A stretch of 64,000 nucleotides of DNA from Ectothiorhodospiraceae bacterium. Its GTDB lineage: Bacteria > Pseudomonadota > Gammaproteobacteria > SZUA-152. Within the stretch, counting starts at the first letter, position 1; each line of letters opens with the position of its first letter. Position numbers and translations under genes: made by a program. The notes below the pieces were generated by a model. That model worked only from the letters and a program-made list of their open reading frames with translations. It ran no database searches and was not told where the DNA came from. The stretch is taken from NCBI GenBank assembly GCA_002401775.2, contig NVUB02000027.1, positions 11,249 through 75,248 of the forward strand, written 5' to 3'. Positions 23,451 through 32,071 of this stretch are shown here, in pieces.

Positions 23451-23726
23451 ATGGTCACAACGCCTGAAAAACTGTTAAAAAAGCATCAGGAACTCACCCA
23501 TTCAGACACGATGAAAGTCTTGTCGCACATGCAAAGAACCGATGGCGACTGGATCATGAATACCCTCATGATCGACGGTTGTAACGTGCCCTTTAAATAC
23601 AAAAGAACCAAACGCTATAAAAACCTAAAAGGTCAGCGCATTAACCTTACCTATTACCCCAGTTCGGACGTAGTCGCGGGCATTGAATTCGACATCATGA
23701 ACGTCGTACGCATAAAAATTTCCTGA
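23451..23726 (+). CDS. hypothetical protein
   Basis: 91-aa ORF in its own intergenic slot. No family was recognised. Confidence 0.5.
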   Translation: MVTTPEKLLKKHQELTHSDTMKVLSHMQRTDGDWIMNTLMIDGCNVPFKYKRTKRYKNLKGQRINLTYYPSSDVVAGIEFDIMNVVRIKIS

Positions 23727-23749
23727 CCTCTCAACCCAAAAAAACCTTT

Positions 23750-24028
23750 CTAACGATTACCCCAAATTTTAGACACCGCGCGCTCATTGCCCAATAAGCC
23801 GACCACCAGCGTAACGAACGCAATACCTGAAAACACCAGCACAGGTATCAAAAAACCCACTTCACCAGCATCCAGCGATAAATAAGCCACCACCGAAGCC
23901 AACCCTGAAAAAAGCACACCGATCACCAGCAATATTTTCCGGTTCAGCGGTTTATACGCATAAGGGTCATCACCGCTCTCAAAGATATTCAACACCGGAG
24001 AAAATAATTTTCGAAAACTGTTCTTCAT
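23750..24028 (-). CDS. small two-TM membrane protein
   Basis: 92 aa with two clear hydrophobic helices (ILLVIGVLFSGLASVVAYL; FLIPVLVFSGIAFVTLVVGLL). Confidence 0.55.
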   Translation of the reverse strand: MKNSFRKLFSPVLNIFESGDDPYAYKPLNRKILLVIGVLFSGLASVVAYLSLDAGEVGFLIPVLVFSGIAFVTLVVGLLGNERAVSKIWGNR

Positions 24029-24266
24029 ATTTCACTTTACCTGCGACAGCCATTAACCAACCCAGCCCAACCCAATCCAACAACAGCTTACCTGTTTTCA
24101 CACCGCGATTTAAGAAATTATGACGGCTATTGATAATCCGTCTTCCGCGTACCCTGCTTTTACACTAACGTTGCACAAAATTGCTTTTGTACGTGTCTCA
24201 GAAGTACAACCCAGACGTGACTCGATCAAACATGCTCAATAAATCATCAAACTCATTTTTCCGTTG

Positions 24267-24444
24267 AACCTAAATTAATCAGTTGGATCGTAGCGAGGGT
24301 GTCTAAGGTGCTGAAGATAAACTGTTTTTCCAGTTTTTAAGGCGATCTCGTAGTCATTCTACGGGTGAATCTTAAAAACTGGAAAAATATTTTAGATTCA
24401 GTGCATTAGACGGCCGCAGTAGATCCAACTGATTAATTTAGGTT
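24267..24444. mobile_element. 178-bp MITE-like nested palindrome
   Basis: Perfect 23-bp terminal inverted repeats aacctaaattaatcagttggatc (24267-24289) and gatccaactgattaatttaggtt (24422-24444). There is also an inner perfect 17-bp inverted repeat, tttttccagtttttaag (24325-24341) and cttaaaaactggaaaaa (24371-24387), and a central cgtag/ctacg stem. Confidence 0.6.
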
Positions 24445-24645
24445 GAGCCCCTCTGGATACCGGGTCAAGCCCGGCATAACGGTTGAGTGTTACCTTGGAG
24501 TAACCGGGAAAATAATGGCGTTTCTTTACCGCTTTCTCCGCGCCCTTTGCGTCTCTGCGACCTCTACGTGAACAACGCCCTCCTAAAAACATCCTCACAC
24601 CCCAATGGCACGAAGTTAAGTCAAAACTCCACTCCATCCGTCATT

Positions 24646-24710
24646 CCGGCGAATACCCTCTGGGGCACAAGTAACCAAAGGTCACAAGTGCCCCAGAGGG
24701 TATTCGCCGG
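24646..24710. repeat. REP-like perfect 23-bp inverted repeat
   Basis: ccggcgaataccctctggggcac (24646-24668) pairs with gtgccccagagggtattcgccgg (24688-24710). Confidence 0.8.
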
Positions 24711-24816
24711 GAAGATGGCAGTATTCGGCTTAATTTCATGCCATTCTCCTCACACCCCAATTTCCGGTATAATTCGCCGCATTAAATCACCAGCAAGCCC
24801 AGAGGTACCGTACACC

Positions 24817-25401
24817 ATGAGCACAGAAAGCATTTTACTTGAACGCAGTGAGTCCAAATGCGAAATGTGTGGCGCTACAAACGAATTAAACGTTTACGGT
24901 GTTCCTCCGCACGATAATGACAAACCCGAAGGGTGCATACTGGTCTGTGGCACCTGCCACGAGCAAATTAAAACACCGGAAAAAGTCGATGCCAACCACT
25001 GGCGCTGCCTGAACGACAGCATGTGGAGCCAAACCCCGGCGGTACAGGTCATGGCCTGGCGCATGCTCACCCGACTTCGGACAGAAGGCTGGCCGCAGGA
25101 TTTACTTGATATGCTCTATTTAGAAGACGACACCCTGACATGGGCGCAGAGCACCGGTGAAGGTCAGACCGAAGACGAAGACGCCGTCATACACCTCGAC
25201 AGCAACGGCGCAGTGCTCACCGCAGGTGATACCGTCACCCTCATCAAGGATTTAAACGTGAAGGGCGCAGGCTTTACCGCCAAACGTGGCACAGCAGTAC
25301 GCGGCATTTCTCTGGTGCCGGACAATGCCGAGCATATTGAAGGGCGTGTCGAGGGCCAGCACATTGTGATCCTCACCCAGTTTGTGAAAAAATCAAACTA
25401 A
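24817..25401 (+). CDS. phnA: PhnA family zinc-ribbon protein
   Basis: N-terminal zinc ribbon CEMCGA...CGTCH and a C-terminal PhnA domain (DSNGAVLTAGDTVTLIKDLNVKGAGFTAKRGTAVRGI). ATG 24817 is used instead of the ORF-track start 24487, which reads through REP elements. Confidence 0.9.
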   Translation: MSTESILLERSESKCEMCGATNELNVYGVPPHDNDKPEGCILVCGTCHEQIKTPEKVDANHWRCLNDSMWSQTPAVQVMAWRMLTRLRTEGWPQDLLDMLYLEDDTLTWAQSTGEGQTEDEDAVIHLDSNGAVLTAGDTVTLIKDLNVKGAGFTAKRGTAVRGISLVPDNAEHIEGRVEGQHIVILTQFVKKSN

Positions 25402-25460
25402 GCCGGCTCTCCTCGACTCAACCAAAGCAATTTAACACAAAGTAAAAGCACACATTCACC

Positions 25461-27395
25461 ATGCTACGTTTCCAATCAGTCACCTTACGCCGCGGTACCC
25501 GCGTCCTGTTACACGACATCAACCTCACCATACAAACTGGCGAACGCTGGGGCATCGTCGGACGTAACGGCAGTGGCAAATCCAGTTTACTCGCATTGGT
25601 ACTAGGCATACGCGACCCGGCCGGCCTACACGCAGATACGGGAGAAGTACAACTGGCCGCGACACTCGCCATGTCCCACGTCGCCCAGGAAACCCCGGCC
25701 GTCGACCGCAGCGCCATTGATTACGTTATCGACGGTGACACTGAGCTACGCGAACTGGAACAACAACTTGCCGCCTGTAACAGCACGAATGACGATACGG
25801 ACGATGGCAAACAGCAAGCCACGCTCTTCGGCCAATTAGAAACCATCGACGGTTACACCGCGCCTACTCGTGCCGCGCGTCTCATGAACGGCCTCGGCTT
25901 TAGTGAAGCGCAATTGAACTCACCTGTTACCCGCTTTTCCGGCGGCTGGCGTATGCGTCTTAACCTGGCGCAAGCGTTGATGTGCCGCTCCGACATTCTG
26001 TTGCTTGATGAACCCACCAACCATCTGGATCTGGACGCCGTACTCTGGCTGCAAACCTGGCTGCAAAATTATTCTGGCACCGTGTTGCTAATTTCTCATG
26101 ACCGCGACTTTCTCGACATCTGCGTCGACCATATCGCCCTGCTTTCTGAGCAATCGGTACACGCCTATACCGGCAACTACAGCGCCTATGAAAAACAACA
26201 TGCCAGCCGCCTCGAACAACAACAGTCTGCCCATCTCAAACAACAACGGACTATTTCGCACCTGCACAGCTACATCGACCGTTTTCGCGCCCAGGCCACC
26301 AAAGCCAAGCAGGCCCAGAGCCGCTTGAAAGCCCTCGCCCGACTCGAAGAGATCGCCCCGGCCCATGTTGACTCCCCTTTTGAGTTCACTTTTTTGCCGC
26401 CCAAACAAGTGCCCAACCCATTACTAAAACTCACAGACGCCAACCTGGGCTATGGCAGCAACACTCTGTTGAGCAACATCAACATCAACTTATTACCGGG
26501 AGACCGCATCGGGCTTCTGGGGCCCAACGGCGCAGGCAAATCTACCCTCATCAAAGCATTAACCGGTGAACTGGAACTGCTCACCGGCAGTCTCGCACCG
26601 GCACAAGCCTTGCGCATTGGCTATTTTGCGCAACACCAACTGGAACAACTCCATGCCGACGACACCCCGCTCGTACACTTACAGCGGTTAAACAAACAGG
26701 CCACCGAACAAGAACTACGCAGTTATCTCGGCGGCTTTGGTTTTAACGGTGAACAGGCACTTGACCCCGTCGGCCCCTTTTCCGGTGGCGAAAAAGCACG
26801 GCTGGTACTCGCCCTGCTCATTTACCAGCGCCCTAATTTATTATTGCTCGATGAACCCACCAACCACCTTGACCTGGAAATGCGCCACGCCTTAACGCTG
26901 GCCCTGCAAGGGTTTGAAGGTGCGTTATTAGTAGTCTCACATGACCGCCACCTGCTACGCACCGTGTGTGACCAGTTCATGCTCGTCGCCGAAGGCAGTG
27001 CCCAGACTTACGACGGAGACCTCGATGACTACGCGCAATGGCTGAGCCAGCACCGGCGCAACGCCAGTAACACCGAAAGCACAACGCCTGATAAAGAATC
27101 AAAACCCGGCCTCGACAAACGTCAGCAGCGCCAGCAAGACGCCGAGCGTCGCCAACAGCTCAAACCCTTGCGTAACCAGCTCAACAAATGTGAAAAATTG
27201 CTCAACAGCCTGCAACAAGAACTGCAACAACTTGAACAACAACTGGCCGACAGCACTATTTACAGCGCAGAAAACAAAGATCAGCTGAAAAAAATACTGT
27301 CCCAACAAACAACCCTAAAACAACAACACCAGCAAGCAGAAACAGACTGGCTAACCGCCGCAGAAGCCCTGGAGTTGGCAGAAAACACCGACTAG
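25461..27395 (+). CDS. ABC-F family ATPase (YheS-like)
   Basis: Two ABC cassettes (GRNGSGKSSLL / LSGGWRMRLNLA / LLLDEPTNHLD, then GPNGAGKSTLI / FSGGEKARLVLA / LLLDEPTNHLD), no TM domain, and a coiled-coil Q-rich tail. Confidence 0.9.
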   Translation: MLRFQSVTLRRGTRVLLHDINLTIQTGERWGIVGRNGSGKSSLLALVLGIRDPAGLHADTGEVQLAATLAMSHVAQETPAVDRSAIDYVIDGDTELRELEQQLAACNSTNDDTDDGKQQATLFGQLETIDGYTAPTRAARLMNGLGFSEAQLNSPVTRFSGGWRMRLNLAQALMCRSDILLLDEPTNHLDLDAVLWLQTWLQNYSGTVLLISHDRDFLDICVDHIALLSEQSVHAYTGNYSAYEKQHASRLEQQQSAHLKQQRTISHLHSYIDRFRAQATKAKQAQSRLKALARLEEIAPAHVDSPFEFTFLPPKQVPNPLLKLTDANLGYGSNTLLSNININLLPGDRIGLLGPNGAGKSTLIKALTGELELLTGSLAPAQALRIGYFAQHQLEQLHADDTPLVHLQRLNKQATEQELRSYLGGFGFNGEQALDPVGPFSGGEKARLVLALLIYQRPNLLLLDEPTNHLDLEMRHALTLALQGFEGALLVVSHDRHLLRTVCDQFMLVAEGSAQTYDGDLDDYAQWLSQHRRNASNTESTTPDKESKPGLDKRQQRQQDAERRQQLKPLRNQLNKCEKLLNSLQQELQQLEQQLADSTIYSAENKDQLKKILSQQTTLKQQHQQAETDWLTAAEALELAENTD

Positions 27396-27670
27396 CGTAG
27401 GCTAGCAATAATGGATTCACCCTTTTTAATCGTTATTTTTATGTGAATACTCCACCCGCTAAAGCCAGAGGCTTCAGATTACGACTAAAAACCGGATTGG
27501 TCGGCCATACGGCCGATTGTCCCCTTTTATGCCCCAGAGGGCACTCCCCTCTGGGGGAAAGGGAGCAAAAGAAACTATGCCGGATAAAAGCATGACATTG
27601 ACTAATAAATCAGCAGTAAACCCCCTACTTAAACATTTTAAATACCCTTTTAATTTACAACGGAAATATT

Positions 27671-27943
27671 ATGTCTGAAGAAAAACAGAAAACACCCTTT
27701 TTTGACCTCGCCGACCGATACATCAATTTGGCCAACGAGCTTGCCCAAAAAGAAGGCACCGCCGATGCGGGAACCGCACTGCGTTATGCCGCCGCGCGTT
27801 ACAATACCTTTGAAGCCTCACTCAGCACCAAAGACCTGTCTGGCGATCATGAAAAAATGATTGATATGCTGTGTGATGACTTTCGTGAAATGCTCAAGGT
27901 CAACATGAAAGATTACATTCAACGCATTGCCGCGAATAATTAA
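27671..27943 (+). CDS. DUF3144-like small protein
   Basis: 90 aa. FFDLADRYINLANELAQ...ALRYAAARYNTFE resembles the remembered DUF3144 pattern. Confidence 0.6.
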   Translation: MSEEKQKTPFFDLADRYINLANELAQKEGTADAGTALRYAAARYNTFEASLSTKDLSGDHEKMIDMLCDDFREMLKVNMKDYIQRIAANN

Positions 27944-27992
27944 TTCTGTCGTTCTTAAACTCTGTCGTTCATAGCTACAGGTAAAGCTACTT

Positions 27993-28367
27993 ATGCCCAA
28001 CAAAAATGCCAATGATGCCGCGCTAGACAAAATTGTCAGCGATGCCCGCCGTCATCAGGACGAACGCGCAAAAACCTATCGCGAACAGGCACTAAAACTT
28101 TACCCGTGGATATGTGGCCGCTGTGAAAGGGAGTTCACCCGTGCCAACCTGCCTGAGCTTACCGTTCACCATCGCAATCATAACCACGATGACAATCCCG
28201 CCGACGGCAGCAATTGGGAACTGTTGTGCCTTTATTGTCACGACAACGAACACCAACGCCAACTCGAAGCCCACGGCCAAAGCAGCACGGGCTCAGCAGA
28301 AAAAATAACGTCGGGCGCAACCCATAATCCTTTTGCAGACCTCAAAGGTCTGCTGGATAAAAAATAG
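27993..28367 (+). CDS. yajD: HNH endonuclease YajD-like
   Basis: CGRCEREF...LTVHHRNHNHDDNPADGSNWELLCLYCHDNEH HNH/zinc motif, 124 aa. Confidence 0.85.
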   Translation: MPNKNANDAALDKIVSDARRHQDERAKTYREQALKLYPWICGRCEREFTRANLPELTVHHRNHNHDDNPADGSNWELLCLYCHDNEHQRQLEAHGQSSTGSAEKITSGATHNPFADLKGLLDKK

Positions 28368-28375
28368 GTTCAAAA

Positions 28376-28741
28376 ATGGCAGTACGGCTTTTCCCGCTTC
28401 GCAATGTACCGGATGACGAAGCAGACGACGTCCGGGAATTACTCACCGACCATCAAATTGAGTTTTACGAAACATTCGGTGGAAACTGGGGTGTCTCCAT
28501 GCCCGCCATCTGGCTGCGCGACAACAGCCAGTTACAAGACGCCAAAGCACTCATCGCAGAATATCAAACCGAGCGCACCCAGCAACAACGCGCGATTTAT
28601 AAGCAGCTAAAAAATGAAGGAAAACATCGCACGTTCTGGGACATGCTTCAGGAAGAACCACTAAAAATTATCGCTTACATCAGCATAGTGTTTGCCATTC
28701 TCTATTTTTCCACCAAACCGTTTTTGTCGCTGGGTGAATAA
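28376..28741 (+). CDS. conserved hypothetical protein with C-terminal TM anchor
   Basis: 121 aa, starting 8 nt after yajD, with a C-terminal helix IIAYISIVFAILYF. Confidence 0.6.
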   Translation: MAVRLFPLRNVPDDEADDVRELLTDHQIEFYETFGGNWGVSMPAIWLRDNSQLQDAKALIAEYQTERTQQQRAIYKQLKNEGKHRTFWDMLQEEPLKIIAYISIVFAILYFSTKPFLSLGE

Positions 28742-28990
28742 AGACTAAATCTGGAAATTTTCACAACAACATCAAACAGCAACTTTTTGCTTTGGTGTTG
28801 CCACCGAAACTATCCGTATTGCTGAATCATATGCGTATAACAAACCACGCTTTTTAATTACGCATTTTCAAATCAATAACGTAAAATTGCATTAATCCAG
28901 ACGTAGGAGAGGCTTCAGCCTCGATCAGACTTCGAGCAACAACTGGTCGCGGCTAATGCTGCACCTACAAGCAGGTGCTCGAAAACAGCT

Positions 28991-29290
28991 TTATGGCAGA
29001 GTGTCGTAGGGGGTGGCCATTGACTGATCCGCCGTAAGGAATGGAAATTAAATAACTTATGCATCTTGCCTCTCATCTTCAGCGCGTCTTGGCGCATTCT
29101 TTCATCATAAAAGTTCAAAACGGCTATTCCTGCGTTTTTATTCAGTCAGAACGCACCAATACAGACTAAATCTGAGCGCCATATGAACACGTTATTTAAT
29201 TTCCAGTCCTTAGCAACTGGATCAGTTTCGGGTGTACAAAAAGCTTTTCTTTTCCCGCAGCACGCTAATTGCAGTTTTTGCGAGCGCCGA
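28991..29290 (-). pseudogene. 3' remnant of a Fic-family gene, split by an insertion
   Basis: The minus strand reads ...AAGKEKLFVHPKLIQLL (29290-29214) and LTADQSMATPYDTLP* (29038-28991). The intact Fic C-terminus at 30478 reads TAGKERLFVHLKLIRLLTADKPTVTPYDTLP*. The DNA similarity continues about 25 bp past the stop codon. Confidence 0.8.
29043..29204. mobile_element. 162-bp MITE-like insertion inside the Fic remnant
   Basis: Perfect 14-bp terminal inverted repeats ggaaattaaataac (29043-29056) and gttatttaatttcc (29191-29204), extendable imperfectly to about 23 bp. The element interrupts sequence that is contiguous in the intact copy (ccgccgtaag|caatcggatcag). Confidence 0.65.
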
Positions 29291-29393
29291 CTATCCGTAA
29301 AACGAACTACTACTGAGTTGTTTCAGTATAGTAAACGCGCTCTTGAAAGAGCCAGGCGTCGCTTTTGGTGGACGCTGAGTCCGCTACGCCCGG

Positions 29394-29428
29394 CGATAAA
29401 ACCGACCGACTTTAGTCGGTCGGTTGTT
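29394..29428 (-). terminator. rho-independent terminator of the 246-aa orphan gene
   Basis: The minus strand reads aaccgaccgac taaa gtcggtcggtt followed by ttat. Confidence 0.7.
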
Positions 29429-29459
29429 TAGTGCCGCCAGATAGACAGTTGAGTAAACT

Positions 29460-30200
29460 TCAGACTTCCCAGTTACTATCCTTGCCAGTGTTTTCACCCC
29501 AAAAATAATTGTCGATATCATCTTTCCAACCAACGGGAAAGATGAAATGACCCTTATGAAGGAAGCATGCCTTGGCTATTCTTCTGTCACCATCCGGGCC
29601 GCGGAACATACTCCAGCCATGATCACCTACAATAGGGCTGTCACCATCACCGCTGCCATGTATATTGTCCCAATAATCATTTCCTGCCAATAGCGCCCAT
29701 TCGGTGCCTAGATTCATTTGCTCAGCAATGTCTTTAACACGATCGGGGTTCATATTATTGTTTGAGCATGTTTGATTAAAAGAGTCATCGACCTGTGTAA
29801 ATAACGCTTGGAGCTCATCATCAGTCATGCCATCCTCCTCTAATATCTCCTGAATGACATCTACGGTGAGACCAAAGACATCGGCCATATAATTTTTAAT
29901 CTCTTTTGGGCTTGGCGGATAAGGGGGAATGCACATCATCGTGATGTCTTTGATTAGACGTAAACCATCCTTGATTAAAGGCCACCAATCTCCAAAGCTA
30001 ACCACAAAGTTAGCTGGGCAGTATACGTCATTAGTCGCTTGTCCAGCGGGTCCATAAGCAACTTCACCCGGCTTCCAGCAGCAAGGGCGTCCATCGTGCC
30101 ACTTAGTCATTGCACATCCGGCATGGTGCGCTCTAATGATTACGCCACCTGAATGAAAAACTCTGAAATGAAACTGCCAGTCGATATCATTAGTAGACAT
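29460..30200 (-). CDS. orphan hypothetical protein (246 aa, Trp/Asp/Gly-rich, 7 Cys)
   Basis: Long uninterrupted ORF with its own terminator. No signal peptide and no motif I can assign to a family. Confidence 0.7.
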   Translation of the reverse strand: MSTNDIDWQFHFRVFHSGGVIIRAHHAGCAMTKWHDGRPCCWKPGEVAYGPAGQATNDVYCPANFVVSFGDWWPLIKDGLRLIKDITMMCIPPYPPSPKEIKNYMADVFGLTVDVIQEILEEDGMTDDELQALFTQVDDSFNQTCSNNNMNPDRVKDIAEQMNLGTEWALLAGNDYWDNIHGSGDGDSPIVGDHGWSMFRGPDGDRRIAKACFLHKGHFIFPVGWKDDIDNYFWGENTGKDSNWEV

Positions 30201-30276
30201 ACATCATATTCCTTATGATTGATTGAACCAGCGTCCACCGTACTCCAAACTTGACTATACGTAAAGCGTATCTTTA

Positions 30277-30429
30277 ATTAAACCACAGGAAAATAAAGAA
30301 CGGCTGTTGAAAGCTGGAAAAGTAAAAATGCAGGCTCTAGCTGCTGCCATGAAGAAATTAATACAAATTTATTTTGGTGTTATTAAGCATCAAAGCGAAT
30401 ACCAACCCCGGACTATAATACAGGTTTGA
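30277..30429 (+). pseudogene. IS110-family transposase C-terminal stump
   Basis: Translates ...RLLKAGKVKMQALAAAMKKLIQIYFGVIKHQSEYQP... This matches the remembered IS110 C-terminal signature (GKxxKVALvAxMRKLLxIlnaml). An upstream in-frame stop at 30274 shows that only the tail survives. Confidence 0.6.
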
Positions 30430-30477
30430 GATTGGTGTTGAGAGATGGTATTTACAAGCAAGTGCTCGAAAGCAGCC

Positions 30478-31593
30478 TTATGGCAGAGTGTCGTAGGGGG
30501 TGACCGTTGGTTTATCCGCCGTAAGCAATCGGATCAGCTTCAGGTGTACAAAAAGCCTTTCTTTTCCCGCAGTAATTTCACGCAGTACGCCAATTTCAGT
30601 TAGCTGCTTTAGGTAGGCCGCCGCCGTTTGGCGTTTAGCAATGCCAGCTTCCACCAAATTGGCAATACGGCAATATGGTTGCTCAAAAATAAGCTGTGTC
30701 AGCTCATGGCTATAAATTTTTGGTAGGCGGTCGCGTATATGACTACTTGTAGTGGCAATCAATTCCCGAATAGCGGCAATCTTGGCAGTGGTCCACTGCG
30801 CAGTTTCGGCGACGGCCTGCAACATAAACAGCAGCCAGGGTTGCCAGTCATCATCGCGTGTCACTCCAGTTAACAATCGATAGTAATCAATTTTATGTTG
30901 CACGATGTAACGACTGAGATAGAGCACAGGTAAAGTCAGCAGGTCTTTTTCTATGAGGTAGAGAATATTAAGTACACGCCCAGTTCGGCCATTCCCATCT
31001 AGAAACGGATGGATAGCTTCAAACTGATAATGCGCCACCGCCATTACCACCAGCGGGTCAAGACTGGATTGTTCATCGTGAATAAACTTCTCCCAATTAC
31101 CCAGCAAATCACGTAATCGTCCCTCGCCATCCGGGGGGGTGTAGATAGTCTCGCCCGTTGCAGCATTAGCGATAGTCGTACCCGGTACTTTCCGAATATC
31201 CATATCCCGTCCCTTAATAGTGGAACAAATTGTGGTTGCAGTGGCCGTACACAATGGGCGCCGTCCCAGCGCCAGGTAGCCTTGATACAAGGCTGTACGA
31301 TATCGTAGAGCCTCTTTGGTGGGCATGTCCGCCTGAGCTTCCGCCTGAGCATATTGAAACAACCTGTCGGTGGTAGTGACAATATTCTCAATCTCAGAAC
31401 TGTCTTTTGCCTCAAGCATTGGCAGGCTATTGATCAGAATCGTTTGATTAGGCAAAAGCTCGGCAGCCTGCCGCAGTTCGGCCAGAGCAGCTCGTGCAGG
31501 AATACAGGCCTTAAGCACTTCACGAGACTCAAGATCAGAACGCGGAGGAATTTGCGGCAACTCGTTATAGGGAGCCCGAGGGTCAAAAGTCAT
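30478..31593 (-). CDS. Fic family protein (class II-type, with C-terminal wHTH)
   Basis: Fic motif HPFLDGNGRTGR. An N-terminal inhibitory-helix motif SSEIEN ([ST]xxxE[GN]) is present. The C-terminal part resembles a winged helix (RQTAAAYLKQLTEIGVLRE). Confidence 0.9.
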   Translation of the reverse strand: MTFDPRAPYNELPQIPPRSDLESREVLKACIPARAALAELRQAAELLPNQTILINSLPMLEAKDSSEIENIVTTTDRLFQYAQAEAQADMPTKEALRYRTALYQGYLALGRRPLCTATATTICSTIKGRDMDIRKVPGTTIANAATGETIYTPPDGEGRLRDLLGNWEKFIHDEQSSLDPLVVMAVAHYQFEAIHPFLDGNGRTGRVLNILYLIEKDLLTLPVLYLSRYIVQHKIDYYRLLTGVTRDDDWQPWLLFMLQAVAETAQWTTAKIAAIRELIATTSSHIRDRLPKIYSHELTQLIFEQPYCRIANLVEAGIAKRQTAAAYLKQLTEIGVLREITAGKERLFVHLKLIRLLTADKPTVTPYDTLP

Positions 31594-31613
31594 GTTTATT
31601 TTTTCACCTTATT

Positions 31614-31692
31614 TCGACACATCATAAGTTTATGTCGACCGCATCGACATGTCGAGCACTTATGTCGATAAAAGGCAAAAATATCGACACAT
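31614..31692. promoter_or_regulatory. array of six TCGACA/TGTCGA half-sites upstream of the Fic gene (putative operator)
   Basis: TCGACA occurs at 31614, 31644 and 31684. TGTCGA occurs at 31633, 31650 and 31663. The array includes the palindrome TCGACATGTCGA (31644-31655). The half-sites lie 21-96 bp upstream of the start codon at 31593. Confidence 0.4.
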
Positions 31693-32071
31693 TCTGACCT
31701 CAACCCCACCATTACCCCTTAGCCCTCAACCCTGTAGGGGGAGGCTTCATCCTCGATAGCAAGTGGTTGATACAGCCTTCGCGGCTGAAGCCGTTCCTAC
31801 ACCCAGCCCCATTAATCAACTCTGTAGGAATAAAATTTCTACAGCTTCTTGGGAGATGTGAAGGGAAGAACTTGGTAATTTAACCGTTCGGTTTACTTGA
31901 AAAAATCCGCCCACAACCAAAGGAACCATTCCACCCTGCCATCATTCAGATATTACATAGCAGACCTTTTCGAAAGGTCTGTAGTAAGAACAAACGATAA
32001 AACCACGATAGCAGAAACACATTACAGGAATGTAGAACCACCCCAGTCCTTAGTCCTCATCTCTTAATCCC

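Noticed and set aside
18717-23500. Search for MtrB-like porin, ccm or partner reductase genes next to the 36-heme cytochrome
   Set aside because: None is present. The neighbours are a GST, a weak hypothetical ORF and yaaA. The cytochrome is therefore reported as an orphan gene rather than as part of a porin-cytochrome system.
24487-24816. N-terminal 110 codons of the 304-aa ORF-track frame leading into phnA
   Set aside because: This part reads straight through REP/palindromic elements (24525-24710) and has no protein-like character. The PhnA zinc ribbon starts right after the internal ATG at 24817.
29183-29431. 82-aa plus-strand ORF
   Set aside because: It is the antisense reading of the Fic 3' remnant plus the terminator hairpin of the orphan gene. 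There is no independent support.
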